Shown here: one piece after another, positions 13,241-22,208 of the stretch | Position numbering within the stretch: the first letter of the stretch is position 1 | How the letters are laid out: each line of letters begins with the position of its first letter | Program-made: the position numbers and the translations under genes | Origin: an uncultured Chloroflexia bacterium | GTDB lineage: Bacteria > Chloroflexota > Limnocylindria > Limnocylindrales > CSP1-4 | DNA: 64,000 nucleotides | Assembly: GCA_963810285.1 (NCBI GenBank) | Contig: CAWEMV010000002.1 | Span: 2,998,633 to 3,062,632, forward strand | Direction of reading: 5' to 3' | The notes under the pieces: generated by a model | The model's input: the letters and a program-made list of their open reading frames with translations, nothing else | What the model was told of the DNA's origin: nothing | Database searches by the model: none

Positions 13241-13522
13241 TCATACTCGGAGGCCCGGCCACCGGGCAACGATCGCGTCCGGCTCCGCACCGTCCACGAC
13301 GACCAGCTTCTGACGGCTGGACGCGCCGGCCACGATGCGCACCCGACGGCGCGCCACGTCGAGCTCGTCGGCGATCAGCCGGATCAGGGCGTTGTTGGCC
13401 GCGCCCTCGACGGCCGGCGAACCGACCCGCGCGCGAAGGACACCGTCGACGACCCCATCGACGCGGTCGACCGCCGCCCGCGGCGTGAGGCGGACGGCGA
13501 AGCGGACGTCGGTCGGGCTCAA
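13241..13522 (-). CDS. DUF167 (YggU) family protein
   Basis: 93 aa. Ends ...SRQKLVVVDG, typical of the YggU family. Sits downstream of yggT. Confidence 0.75.
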   Translation of the reverse strand: MSPTDVRFAVRLTPRAAVDRVDGVVDGVLRARVGSPAVEGAANNALIRLIADELDVARRRVRIVAGASSRQKLVVVDGAEPDAIVARWPGLRV

Positions 13523-13526
13523 GACC

Positions 13527-13772
13527 TCACAGGGCGCGCCACAGGAAGCCGAGGATGATCAGCACGATGAACCCCGACCAGTCGACCATGCCGGACTGGG
13601 GCAGCATCCGACGCACCGGGGCGAGGATCGGCTCGGTCGTCTGGTAGAGGAACGCCGAAACCTGGTTGCGCCCATTCGGGTCGACCCAGGACATGAGCAT
13701 GCGAGCGAGGATCAGCGCCCACAGCGCCATCACCAGGAACTGGATGAAGGTGATCAGGAACCCGCCAGGCAC
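13527..13772 (-). CDS. YggT family membrane protein
   Basis: 81 aa, two TM segments. MPGGFLITFIQFLVMALWALILARMLMSWV matches the YggT/Ycf19 family. Confidence 0.8.
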   Translation of the reverse strand: MPGGFLITFIQFLVMALWALILARMLMSWVDPNGRNQVSAFLYQTTEPILAPVRRMLPQSGMVDWSGFIVLIILGFLWRAL

Positions 13773-13805
13773 GGGCCCGAGTCTACCAGTCTCCCTTCGA
13801 GCGGC

Positions 13806-14555
13806 TCAGGGGGCGTGGCTGTGGGCGGGCTCGTCTGTACCGTGCTCGTGCGGCCGCTCGCCGAAGAGCGCACGCCCGACGCGGACGATCGTGGCACCCT
13901 CCTCGACCGCCACCTCGAAGTCGTCGGTCATGCCCATCGACAGCTCCGGCCCGAGGCCGGCGCCCTCGCCACGCAACCCCTCGGATAGCGCGCGGAGCGC
14001 CGCGAAGGTCGGGCGGGCAGCCTCGGCGTCAGCCATGAGGCGGCCGATCGTCATCAGCCCGCGGATGTCGAGTGCGTCGAGAGTAGACGTGCGATCGATG
14101 GCCGCGGCCAGCTCGTCCGGGGCGAAACCGGCCTTGGACGGGTCGTCGTCGACGTTGACCTGCAGCAGCACCGGGTAGCGGTCGGGCAGGTCCGGCGCAT
14201 CGCGCACGATCCGGTCGAGCCGCTCGGCAAGGGCGACCGAGTCGACGCTCTCGATGACGTCGAACGCCTCGAGCGCTCGGCGCGCCTTGTTCGACTGGAG
14301 CGGGCCGACGAGGTGCCATGTCGCGCCATCGATCAGGCCGACCTTCGCCTCGCCCTCCTGGACGCGGTTCTCGCCAAGGGTCGTCAGCCCGGCCGAGACG
14401 GCGACACGGAGGCGCTCCGCGTCGACGGTCTTGGAGACCGCGACGAGCGTGACGTCGGACGGTGACCGACCAGCCCGGCGGCTGGCATCGGCGATCCGGG
14501 CGAGCACGGCATCGTGCGCCGCTCGATACGTCTCGACGGTCGGCGGGCCGCGCAT
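13806..14555 (-). CDS. YggS family pyridoxal-phosphate homeostasis protein
   Basis: VTLVAVSKTVDAERLRVAVSAGLTTLGENRVQE and HLVGPLQSNKARRA match the YggS/PLPHP family. Lies immediately downstream of ftsZ. Confidence 0.85.
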   Translation of the reverse strand: MRGPPTVETYRAAHDAVLARIADASRRAGRSPSDVTLVAVSKTVDAERLRVAVSAGLTTLGENRVQEGEAKVGLIDGATWHLVGPLQSNKARRALEAFDVIESVDSVALAERLDRIVRDAPDLPDRYPVLLQVNVDDDPSKAGFAPDELAAAIDRTSTLDALDIRGLMTIGRLMADAEAARPTFAALRALSEGLRGEGAGLGPELSMGMTDDFEVAVEEGATIVRVGRALFGERPHEHGTDEPAHSHAP

Positions 14556-14585
14556 GTCAGACTGCCGGCCCGACGCCGGCGCGGA

Positions 14586-15806
14586 TCACTTGCGGCGGAG
14601 GAAGCTCGGGATCTCGAGGTCGTCCGCGTCGTAGGTCACGGGCGAGCGGGACGGCTCTCCGACCGCTCGCTCGACGCGCGGCGCGGTCACGACCGCGGCC
14701 GGCTCCTCCTCGCGGTCCGAGCCGTATCCGTCCGTGCCACCCTGCTCGCGCTGGCGCTCCAGCTCCTGCAGGAAGTCGCGCTCGTGCGAGACCCGCGACG
14801 CGGCGGCCGTCTCCATGACCCCGGTCGGTTCGCGCTGGGCGCTCTGGCGGCGCTTGCCACCGTCGAAGCCGGTGGCGATGACGGTGACCATGACCTCGTC
14901 GCCGAGGCGCTCGTTGAAGCTCGTGCCGAAGATGATGTTGGCCTCCGGGTCGGCGGCCTCCTTGATCGTCTCGGCCGCTTCGTTGACCTCGAACAGCGAG
15001 AGGGTCGACGAGCCGGTGATGTTCCAGAGGATGCCCTGGGCGCCGTGGATATCGAGCTCGAGGAGCGGGCTGGCGATGGCCTCCTGGGCCGCCTCGACGG
15101 CGCGGTTCTCGCCGGTCGCCCGGCCGATGCCCATGAGCGCCGAACCTGCGTCCTTCATGATCGCCCGGATGTCGGCGAAGTCCTGGTTGATCAGGCCCGG
15201 CATCGTGATGATGTCGCTGATGCCCTGGACGCCCTGGCGCAGCACGTCGTCGACGACCCTGAACGCGTCGAGGATGCTGGTGTTCTTCTGGACGACGTCC
15301 TTGAGCCGGTCGTTCGGGATCGTGATCAGCGCGTCGACCTGGGCGCGCAGCTCGTCGGCGGCCTTCTCGGCCACCAGCTTGCGCTTGTTGCCCTCGAACG
15401 CGAACGGCTTGGTGACGACGCCGATCGTCAGCGCGCCGGAGTCCTTGGCGATCTGGGCGACGACGGGCGACGCGCCCGACCCGGTCCCGCCGCCGAGGCC
15501 GGCCGTGATGAAGACCATGTCCGAGTCGGCGAGGGCACCGGCGATCTTCTCCGAGTCCTCTTCGGCCGAGCGCTGCCCCATCGAGGCGTCGCCACCGGCA
15601 CCGAGGCCGCGGGTGACCTTGTCGCCGATGCGGATCTTGTGCGGCGCGTCCGACTGGAGGAGCGCCTGCGCGTCGGTGTTGCAGGCGATGAACTCCACGC
15701 CCATCATCTCGGCGCGGATCATCCGGTTGACGGCGTTGCTGCCGCCCCCACCGACACCGATGACGCGGATCAGCGCGAAGTTCTCGGAATCGGAACGCAA
15801 CGGCAT
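14586..15806 (-). CDS. ftsZ: cell division GTPase FtsZ
   Basis: Start at internal Met MPLRSDSENFALIRVIGVGGGGSNAVNRM, with a GGAGGA RBS 9 nt upstream. Tubulin motif GGGTGSG is present, with a C-terminal DDLEIPSFLRR tail. Confidence 0.93.
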   Translation of the reverse strand: MPLRSDSENFALIRVIGVGGGGSNAVNRMIRAEMMGVEFIACNTDAQALLQSDAPHKIRIGDKVTRGLGAGGDASMGQRSAEEDSEKIAGALADSDMVFITAGLGGGTGSGASPVVAQIAKDSGALTIGVVTKPFAFEGNKRKLVAEKAADELRAQVDALITIPNDRLKDVVQKNTSILDAFRVVDDVLRQGVQGISDIITMPGLINQDFADIRAIMKDAGSALMGIGRATGENRAVEAAQEAIASPLLELDIHGAQGILWNITGSSTLSLFEVNEAAETIKEAADPEANIIFGTSFNERLGDEVMVTVIATGFDGGKRRQSAQREPTGVMETAAASRVSHERDFLQELERQREQGGTDGYGSDREEEPAAVVTAPRVERAVGEPSRSPVTYDADDLEIPSFLRRK

Positions 15807-15919
15807 GGGGCTGTCCTCCGGCGACCCTCGCGGGGTCCTGGGCGGTGTCATCGGCAGTTCTCGTGCGGGCGCTGGGACAGGACCCGGGTCTCGCGGATGT
15901 CGGGCCCCTTGGGTCCGGG

Positions 15920-15950
15920 AGTATAGCGCCGGTCGCCGAGGAGTGACCAT
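15920..15950 (-). promoter_or_regulatory. candidate sigma70-like promoter upstream of ftsZ (-10 TATACT, -35 TGGTCA-like)
   Basis: The reverse strand of the yjbQ-ftsZ intergenic region reads ...TGGTCACTCCTCGGCGACCGGCGCTATACT.... Hexamer spacing is 16-18 bp. Sequence-only guess. Confidence 0.25.
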
Positions 15951-16032
15951 CGCCAGGGCTCGACCCGAGCATCGACCGGGTGGCTGGCGGTGACGGCTGG
16001 CACCACCGTCTGGGTGACCTGCCAGTCCCGCC

Positions 16033-16446
16033 CTACCCTGCCAGGAAGCTCAGCTGCACGGTCCGCTGAGCGTTGTCGGCGTTCGGGTCCAGCAGGCAGA
16101 TCGACTGCCACGTCCCGAGCGCCGCCCGCCCGCCGACCACCGGGACGGTCAGCGACGGGCTCGCGAGCAGCGGCAGCACGTGATCGGCGCCGTGACCGGG
16201 CGACCCGTGGCGGTGGCGGTACGACCGATCCTCCCGCGGCAACAGCCGGTCGAGCGTATCGAGCAGGTCATCGTCCGAACCGGCACCGACCTCGACGACC
16301 ACCAGGCCGGCCGTGGCGTGCGGCACGAAGACCGACAGCAGGCCATCGACCGCGCCGACGTCGGCGAGGAACGCGGCGACCGCCGGCGTCAGGTCCGCGA
16401 GACCTCTGGCCGATCCCGTCCGGACCGACAGCTCGCGGGTATCCAA
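16033..16446 (-). CDS. yjbQ: YjbQ/UPF0047 family protein (secondary thiamine-phosphate synthase-like)
   Basis: 137 aa. LSVFVPHATAGLVVVEVGAGSDDDLLDTLDRLLP...TVPVVGGRAALGTWQSICLLD is characteristic of YjbQ. It is inserted between ftsA and ftsZ. Confidence 0.8.
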   Translation of the reverse strand: MDTRELSVRTGSARGLADLTPAVAAFLADVGAVDGLLSVFVPHATAGLVVVEVGAGSDDDLLDTLDRLLPREDRSYRHRHGSPGHGADHVLPLLASPSLTVPVVGGRAALGTWQSICLLDPNADNAQRTVQLSFLAG

Positions 16447-16449
16447 GCC

Positions 16450-17682
16450 CTACGGGAAGATGCTGCGGAGCGCGTCCCGGATCCGGCCCAGGCCGCCCAT
16501 CGCCGGAGCGGACTCGTAGCGCATCGGCTCACCGTCGGACAGCGTCGTCGCGCCCCACTGGAGCAGCCCGACGCCGGTGCTGTAGCCGGGCGTCAGGAGC
16601 GTGTCGACGAGGCCGCCGATGCCCGTCGGGGCGGCGACCCGGACCGGCATCTCGAACACCGCGCGACCGAGCTCGGCGATGCCGGCCAGCTGCGCCGCGC
16701 CGCCGGTCAGGATGATGCCCGCCGGCAGCTGGCGGACGCCTGCCGCCCGGATCTCGTTGCGCAGCAGTTCGAACGTCTCCTGCATCCGCGCCTCGATGAT
16801 CTGGCACACCTCGAGCCGGCTGACGGTCCGCCCGGCGTCCTCGCCGAGCACGCTGACGCTGATCTCATCGTCGTCGGTCACCGACCGCAGGTCGCACGTA
16901 CCGTGCTGGACCTTCAGCTCCTCGGCCGTCTGCAGCGACGTCTTGAGCCCGATGGCCACGTCGTTGGTGACGTTGTTGCCACCGACCGGCAGGACCCGGG
17001 TGTGGAACGGCGAGCCCTCGAGGAAGAGCGCGAGATCGATCGTGCCCGCGCCGATGTCGGCGACGGCGACGCCGAGCTCCTTCTCGGTCTCGTTGAGCAC
17101 GGCCTCAGCCGAGGCGAGCGAGTTGACCACCAGCTCGTCGATCTTGACGCCGGCCGCGGCCACGCATTTGGACAGGTTGGTGACCGCAGTGGCCGACCCG
17201 GTCACGATGTGGGTCTCGACCTCGAGCCGCAGGGCGCTCATCCCGAGCGGCTCCTTCACGCCCTCCTGGCCATCGACCGAGAAACCGCGGCGCTCGACGT
17301 GGAGGACCTCGCGATTGGACGGGATCGGCACCGCGCGCGCGACGTCGATGGCGCGGCCGATGTCCTCGCGGCTGACCTCGCGGTGGTGGCCGGTGACCGC
17401 GACCTGGCCGGGCGAGTTGAGGCTCTCGACGTGCTGGCCGCCGACGCCGACGAACGCCCGGTCGATCTTCCAGCCGGACAGCCGCTCGGCCTTCTCGACC
17501 GCATCCGCGATGGAGCGGACGGTCTGGTCGATGTTGATGACGACGCCCTTCTTGAGTCCCGATGCGGGGACGGTCCCGTGGCCCATGATCGTCAGCCGCC
17601 CGTCCCGGCTCACCTCGCCGATGAGGGCACAGACCTTGCTGGTGCCGACGTCGATGCCGACGAGGACCGCTTCACGTTCCAC
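16450..17682 (-). CDS. ftsA: cell division protein FtsA
   Basis: 410 aa. Actin-like ATPase (GIDVGTSKVCALIGE ... GGNNVTNDVAIGL ... IILTGGAAQLAGI). Confidence 0.92.
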   Translation of the reverse strand: MEREAVLVGIDVGTSKVCALIGEVSRDGRLTIMGHGTVPASGLKKGVVINIDQTVRSIADAVEKAERLSGWKIDRAFVGVGGQHVESLNSPGQVAVTGHHREVSREDIGRAIDVARAVPIPSNREVLHVERRGFSVDGQEGVKEPLGMSALRLEVETHIVTGSATAVTNLSKCVAAAGVKIDELVVNSLASAEAVLNETEKELGVAVADIGAGTIDLALFLEGSPFHTRVLPVGGNNVTNDVAIGLKTSLQTAEELKVQHGTCDLRSVTDDDEISVSVLGEDAGRTVSRLEVCQIIEARMQETFELLRNEIRAAGVRQLPAGIILTGGAAQLAGIAELGRAVFEMPVRVAAPTGIGGLVDTLLTPGYSTGVGLLQWGATTLSDGEPMRYESAPAMGGLGRIRDALRSIFP

Positions 17683-17713
17683 GTTGTCGTCCGTCTCCGT
17701 TCGCTGCTGGGCT

Positions 17714-18037
17714 CTACAGGAAGTGGCGCCGGATGAGCGCTACGTTGTCGAAGATGCGAAGCCCGAAGGTGATGAGCGCCACCAGGTACAGGTCGAGGCC
17801 GAGCCGATCGCCGATGAAGGTCAGGAGGACCGCGATGATCGCATTGACCAGGAAACCACTGATGAAGATGCGATTGTCGTAGACCCCGTCGAGCTCCGCA
17901 CGCACGGCGCCGAGGACCGAATCGAGCGCGGCCAGGATCGCCACGGCCGAGTATCGACTGGCCTCGAAGCCGACGTTGATGTTGAGGACGAGTCCCGCAA
18001 GGACGCCCAAAAGGAGCCCGAGCAGGGGAAACAGCAC
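17714..18037 (-). CDS. sbp: small basic protein Sbp (DUF1290)
   Basis: 107 aa, hydrophobic. Close match to B. subtilis YlxX/Sbp (…AILAALDSVLGAVRAELDGVYDN..FISGFLVN..). Lies between ftsQ and ftsA as in Firmicutes. Confidence 0.8.
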   Translation of the reverse strand: MLFPLLGLLLGVLAGLVLNINVGFEASRYSAVAILAALDSVLGAVRAELDGVYDNRIFISGFLVNAIIAVLLTFIGDRLGLDLYLVALITFGLRIFDNVALIRRHFL

Positions 18038-18077
18038 GTGGTCCTCGCCCTCGCTCCGTGTGATTTTCGCAAGGCTA

Positions 18078-18974
18078 TCACGGCACCCGGGTCGCGCTGG
18101 GGGTCGGCGTCGGCCTCGGGACGAACGTGCCGTCGGTCTCCGACGCGAGGATGATCCGCTCGATCTGGGCCTCCCGCCCGGTGAGCAGGCTGCGCAGCAG
18201 ACGGACCTGGCCCGGGATCAGCTCGGGCGTGCGCAGCGTCGGGGTATAGAAGCCGAAGACCGCCTGCCAGCTGGCCGGCTTGGTGCGCACGGTGAAGCCG
18301 CTCGCGTCGTCCACGAAGACGTGCAACGCCTCGGCCTGGCTGCCGGCATCGGACGGGACCAGCGAGGCCAGACGGGTCGCCGCATCGAGGTCGACGGGGT
18401 CGAGCTTGCGTCCGACCGCGAGGCCGACCGACGCGGCGCGGCGGTCCTCGACGACCGGCAGCGCGGCGGCCGCCGCCGGCGGGTCCTCGGGCAGCAGCGC
18501 GAACAGCTCGCCCTCGGCATCCGCGAGATAGCGGCGCGCCCCGACACGCCAGACGAGGATCGGCTCGCGCTCGCGGATGCGCACGCCGAGCGTGTCCGGA
18601 AGGCGGACCGAGACGTCCGCCGAGCGGACGGTCGGGATCTTCCGGATGCGGTCCTCGTACGGCGCGGTCACCAGCCCGAACAGGTTCGTTCCGCTCGCGT
18701 CGTCGAGCGCCGCGACGACGGCGGCCTCGTCGGTGAAGGTCGCGCCCTCGACGGTGGTCGAGGCATACGCGAACACCGACGACTGGGCGACGCCGTACAC
18801 GGCCGCGGCCGACAGCAGCATCGCCATCGCGGCCCCGGCCCGGACCGGGGTGAGCCCCGCCGACGCCCGCCGGATCGTGCGCGAGCGCCGGATGGGCGCG
18901 GTGCCCGACGACCGCCGCACGGTCGGACGGACCGGGCCGGCACGGCGCGCCGGTGGTCGCGGGCGGAGCGTCAT
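18078..18974 (-). CDS. ftsQ: cell division protein FtsQ/DivIB (POTRA domain)
   Basis: 298 aa with a basic N-tail, one TM segment and POTRA-like periplasmic domains. Sits between ddl and sbp/ftsA. Confidence 0.8.
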   Translation of the reverse strand: MTLRPRPPARRAGPVRPTVRRSSGTAPIRRSRTIRRASAGLTPVRAGAAMAMLLSAAAVYGVAQSSVFAYASTTVEGATFTDEAAVVAALDDASGTNLFGLVTAPYEDRIRKIPTVRSADVSVRLPDTLGVRIREREPILVWRVGARRYLADAEGELFALLPEDPPAAAAALPVVEDRRAASVGLAVGRKLDPVDLDAATRLASLVPSDAGSQAEALHVFVDDASGFTVRTKPASWQAVFGFYTPTLRTPELIPGQVRLLRSLLTGREAQIERIILASETDGTFVPRPTPTPSATRVP

Positions 18975-20104
18975 CGGGGCAGGTCACCCGGCCGCAGTCG
19001 CCGCGCCGGCCGGGCGGCGTGCCGCTCGACCGCCAGCTCGACGACCTTGATGCACACGTCGGTGAACGTGTAGCCGCCCTCGGCCGGCATGGTCGGGAAC
19101 AGGCTGATCGGCGTGAAGCCCGGGATCGTGTTGATCTCGGACACGAGGACGCGCTCGCCGGCCATCAGGAAGTCGATGCGCGAGAAGCCCTCCGCGCCGA
19201 TCGCCCGGTACACGTCGCGCGCGAGCTTGTGGATGACGGCCCGCTCGACGTCGGTCACCTCGGCCCGGGTCGACGTCTCGGACAGGCCGGGCGTGTACTT
19301 CGCGGCGTAGTCGTAGAACTCGTTGCCGCTGACGACCTCGCCGGGTCCGTACAGCTCGATGCGGGCATGGTCGTTGCCGATGACCGAGACCTCGAGGTCC
19401 CGGGCGCCGGGCACATACGACTCGATGACTGCCAGCGTGTCGTAGCGGAACGCGAGGTCGAGCGCCGTGGCGAGCTCCGCCGCGTCATGGACGAGCGTCA
19501 TCCCGACCGAGCTGCCGAGCCTGGCCGGCTTGACCATGAGCCGCGGGTCGGCGGCGCCCGCGGCGAACGCGGCCATCTCCCGGCGCACGCCGGCCCGGTC
19601 GGCCTTCCAGCGCGAGTTCCGGACCTCGCGCCAGTCGACCACCGGGATCCCCAGCCCGCGGCACAGGCGCTTGAACACCGCCTTGTCCATGCCGATCGCC
19701 GAGGCGGCGACACCCGACCCGGTGTACGCGAGGTCGACCGCGTCGAGCATCGCCTGGATCGTGCCGTCCTCACCGAACGGGCCGTGCAGGCCGATGACGA
19801 CGACCGGCGCCGGATCACCCGCGGCGAGCCGGTCGATGGCGGCCCCCGCGCTGACGGGGCCGTCGGCCCCGAGCGAGGCCGGATCGTCGTAGGCGGAGAC
19901 CGGCCGGTCGTCGCGACGGTGGTCGGCCGGCAGCCACCACCAGGCGCCATCGAGGTCGATGAGCACGAGGCGGACGTCCGCGCCGGCGTCGGCCAGGGCA
20001 GCCGCGATCGCCGTGCCCGACACGATCGACACGTCGTGCTCGGCCGAGGGACCACCGAACAGCACGACGACCGGCGGCAGGCCCGCCGCGCTCAGTCCGG
20101 CCAC
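18971..20104 (-). CDS. ddl: D-alanine--D-alanine ligase
   Basis: 377 aa. ATP-grasp fold with PVVVLFGGPSAEHDVS ... LHGPFGEDGTIQAMLD ... SEINTIPGFT. Confidence 0.92.
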   Translation of the reverse strand: MAGLSAAGLPPVVVLFGGPSAEHDVSIVSGTAIAAALADAGADVRLVLIDLDGAWWWLPADHRRDDRPVSAYDDPASLGADGPVSAGAAIDRLAAGDPAPVVVIGLHGPFGEDGTIQAMLDAVDLAYTGSGVAASAIGMDKAVFKRLCRGLGIPVVDWREVRNSRWKADRAGVRREMAAFAAGAADPRLMVKPARLGSSVGMTLVHDAAELATALDLAFRYDTLAVIESYVPGARDLEVSVIGNDHARIELYGPGEVVSGNEFYDYAAKYTPGLSETSTRAEVTDVERAVIHKLARDVYRAIGAEGFSRIDFLMAGERVLVSEINTIPGFTPISLFPTMPAEGGYTFTDVCIKVVELAVERHAARPARRLRPGDLPR

Positions 20105-21051
20105 GGCCAGCCCTCCCAGTCACCGACGAACTCGACCTCGTAGGCGAGCTCGATGCCGGTCGTGGATGCCACGACGGAGCGGACGTGATCGCCGACCCGA
20201 CGCACGTCGGTCGCGCTGCCGGTCCGGTCGTTGACGATGAAGTTGGCGTGCTTGTCGGACACGCTCGCCCCGCCGATCCGGAAGCCCTTGAGCCCGGCCT
20301 CGTCGATGAGCCGGCCGGCCGAGTCGTCGGGCGGGTTGCGGAAGACGCTGCCGGCAGACGCCCGGCCGAGGGGCTGGTGGGCCTGCCGCCAGCGCCGGAT
20401 GTCGTCGAGGCGCGTCTTGATGACCTCGGGGTCGGCCGGCTCGAGCCGGAACGTGGCGTCGAGCACCAGCTCGCGGACACCATCGCCGCGGGGGTGCTTG
20501 AAGCGGCTGTCGCGGTAGGCCAGCCCGAGCTCGTCGGCCGGGAGCACGGCCTCGCGACCATCGGCGTCGAGGACGCGCGCGGTCTCGAGCACCCCGGCGA
20601 TATCCGACTCGTGCGCGCCGGCGTTGGCCCAGACGGCGCCACCGACCGTACCCGGGATGGCCAGCCCGAACTCGAGGCCGGTCAGGCCGGCCTTCTGCGT
20701 CTCGGTCGCGGCCCGCGCCATCGGGACGCCCGCGTCCGCCACGTACCTCGCTCCGTCGATGCGCGATCCCTCGGCCCGGTCCTGGATGACGAGGCCACGT
20801 ACGCCCCGATCGCTGATGACGAGGTCGCTGCCGCGGCCGAGGATCAGGTGCGGGAGCCCGCGCGTCCGCGCGAAGCGCACGAGCGCCCGCAGCTCGAAGA
20901 GGTTGTGCACGGTCGCGAACAGGTCCGCCGGACCGCCCACCCGCATCGTGGTGAAGCGGGCGAGCGGCTCGTCCCGCGACGTCTTGACGCCGACCCGACG
21001 CTGGATCTCGGATCCGACCGCGATCGCGTCGAACGCCGCGAGCGCGGTCAT
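20092..21051 (-). CDS. murB: UDP-N-acetylenolpyruvoylglucosamine reductase
   Basis: Forms the 3' part of ORF 20092..21846. The start is at ATG overlapping the murG stop (ATGA): MTALAAFDAIAVGSEI... FAD-binding PCMH domain is present, with a C-terminus like ...YEVEFVGDWEGW. Confidence 0.9.
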   Translation of the reverse strand: MTALAAFDAIAVGSEIQRRVGVKTSRDEPLARFTTMRVGGPADLFATVHNLFELRALVRFARTRGLPHLILGRGSDLVISDRGVRGLVIQDRAEGSRIDGARYVADAGVPMARAATETQKAGLTGLEFGLAIPGTVGGAVWANAGAHESDIAGVLETARVLDADGREAVLPADELGLAYRDSRFKHPRGDGVRELVLDATFRLEPADPEVIKTRLDDIRRWRQAHQPLGRASAGSVFRNPPDDSAGRLIDEAGLKGFRIGGASVSDKHANFIVNDRTGSATDVRRVGDHVRSVVASTTGIELAYEVEFVGDWEGWPWPD

Positions 21052-22208
21052 GCGAGCGCTCCGCGCGCTCGGCGCTCGATCGTCGCCGCGTCGGGCAGGG
21101 GCGAGCGGCGGGCCGCGGCGAGCACCAGGTCCGCGACGGCATCGGCGGCACCCGGGCGACCGAGCGAGCGCGCCGCAGCCGACATCGCGACGTGCGCGGC
21201 CGGATCCTCGAGCAGGCGCGCGGCGTCGAGCAGCGCCGCCGCATCGAAGTCGGCGTCCTCGATGAGCCGGCCGGCACCCGCCTCCACGACCTGGTGGGCG
21301 TTCGCCCGCTGGTGACCGGCGGCATGCGGGTACGGCACGACCACGATCGGCAGGCCCAGGGCGGTGACCTCGGCGAGCGTCGACGAGCCGGCCCTGCCCA
21401 CCACGAGGTCGGCGGCAGCCAGCGCACTGAGCATGTCGTCCCGGAGGAACGGATGTGGGCGGTAGCGGTCGCGGACCGCTGCGGGCAGCGACTCGCGACC
21501 GGCCAGCGCCGCGGCGTAGCCGTCGTCGCCGGTGACGTGGACGACCACCGCCCGCTCGACGAGCGCCGGCAGCGCCTCGGCGACCGCGGCATTGAAACGG
21601 CGGACCGCCTGCGACCCGCCGAAGATCAGCAGCACCCTGGTCCCGGGCTCGATGCCGAGGCGCGCGCGCGCCGCCTCGCGATCGATGCCCGTCGTGTCGC
21701 GGATCGGCGTTCCGGTGACGTAGCACGGCCGCCCGGGCGCCGCCGACGCGAGGGTCTGGCAGGTCGCCTCGAACGACACCGCCAGCACGTCGGCCAGGCG
21801 GGCCGTGGCACGGACCGCCCGGCCCGGGATGACGTTGCCGTCCCACAGCACGACCGGGATGTCGAGCGGCGCGGCAGCGAGCAGGACGGGCACGGCGACG
21901 TAGCCGCCGGTGGTGAAGATCGCCGCCGGTCGCTCGGCCGCCAGCATCGCGGCCGCCTGGGGCACCGAGGCGCTCAGCCGCACCGGGTCGAGGACCACGT
22001 GGACATCGGCCTCCACCGACCGCAGCGAGCGCAGCGCGAGCCGACGGAACGGGATCCCGGCGGCGGGGACGATCGTCGCCTCGAGCCCGCGATGGCCGCC
22101 GAGCCAGCGGAGCTCAGCGCCGTCCTGTCGAGCGCGCAGCGAGCGGGCGACGGCCAGCGCCGGGTAGATGTGTCCGCCCGTTCCGCCCGCGGCGATCAGC
22201 AGTCGCAT
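21048..22208 (-). CDS. murG: undecaprenyldiphospho-muramoylpentapeptide beta-N-acetylglucosaminyltransferase
   Basis: 386 aa. MRLLIAAGGTGGHIYPALAVA is the MurG N-terminus. Confidence 0.93.
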   Translation of the reverse strand: MRLLIAAGGTGGHIYPALAVARSLRARQDGAELRWLGGHRGLEATIVPAAGIPFRRLALRSLRSVEADVHVVLDPVRLSASVPQAAAMLAAERPAAIFTTGGYVAVPVLLAAAPLDIPVVLWDGNVIPGRAVRATARLADVLAVSFEATCQTLASAAPGRPCYVTGTPIRDTTGIDREAARARLGIEPGTRVLLIFGGSQAVRRFNAAVAEALPALVERAVVVHVTGDDGYAAALAGRESLPAAVRDRYRPHPFLRDDMLSALAAADLVVGRAGSSTLAEVTALGLPIVVVPYPHAAGHQRANAHQVVEAGAGRLIEDADFDAAALLDAARLLEDPAAHVAMSAAARSLGRPGAADAVADLVLAAARRSPLPDAATIERRARGALA

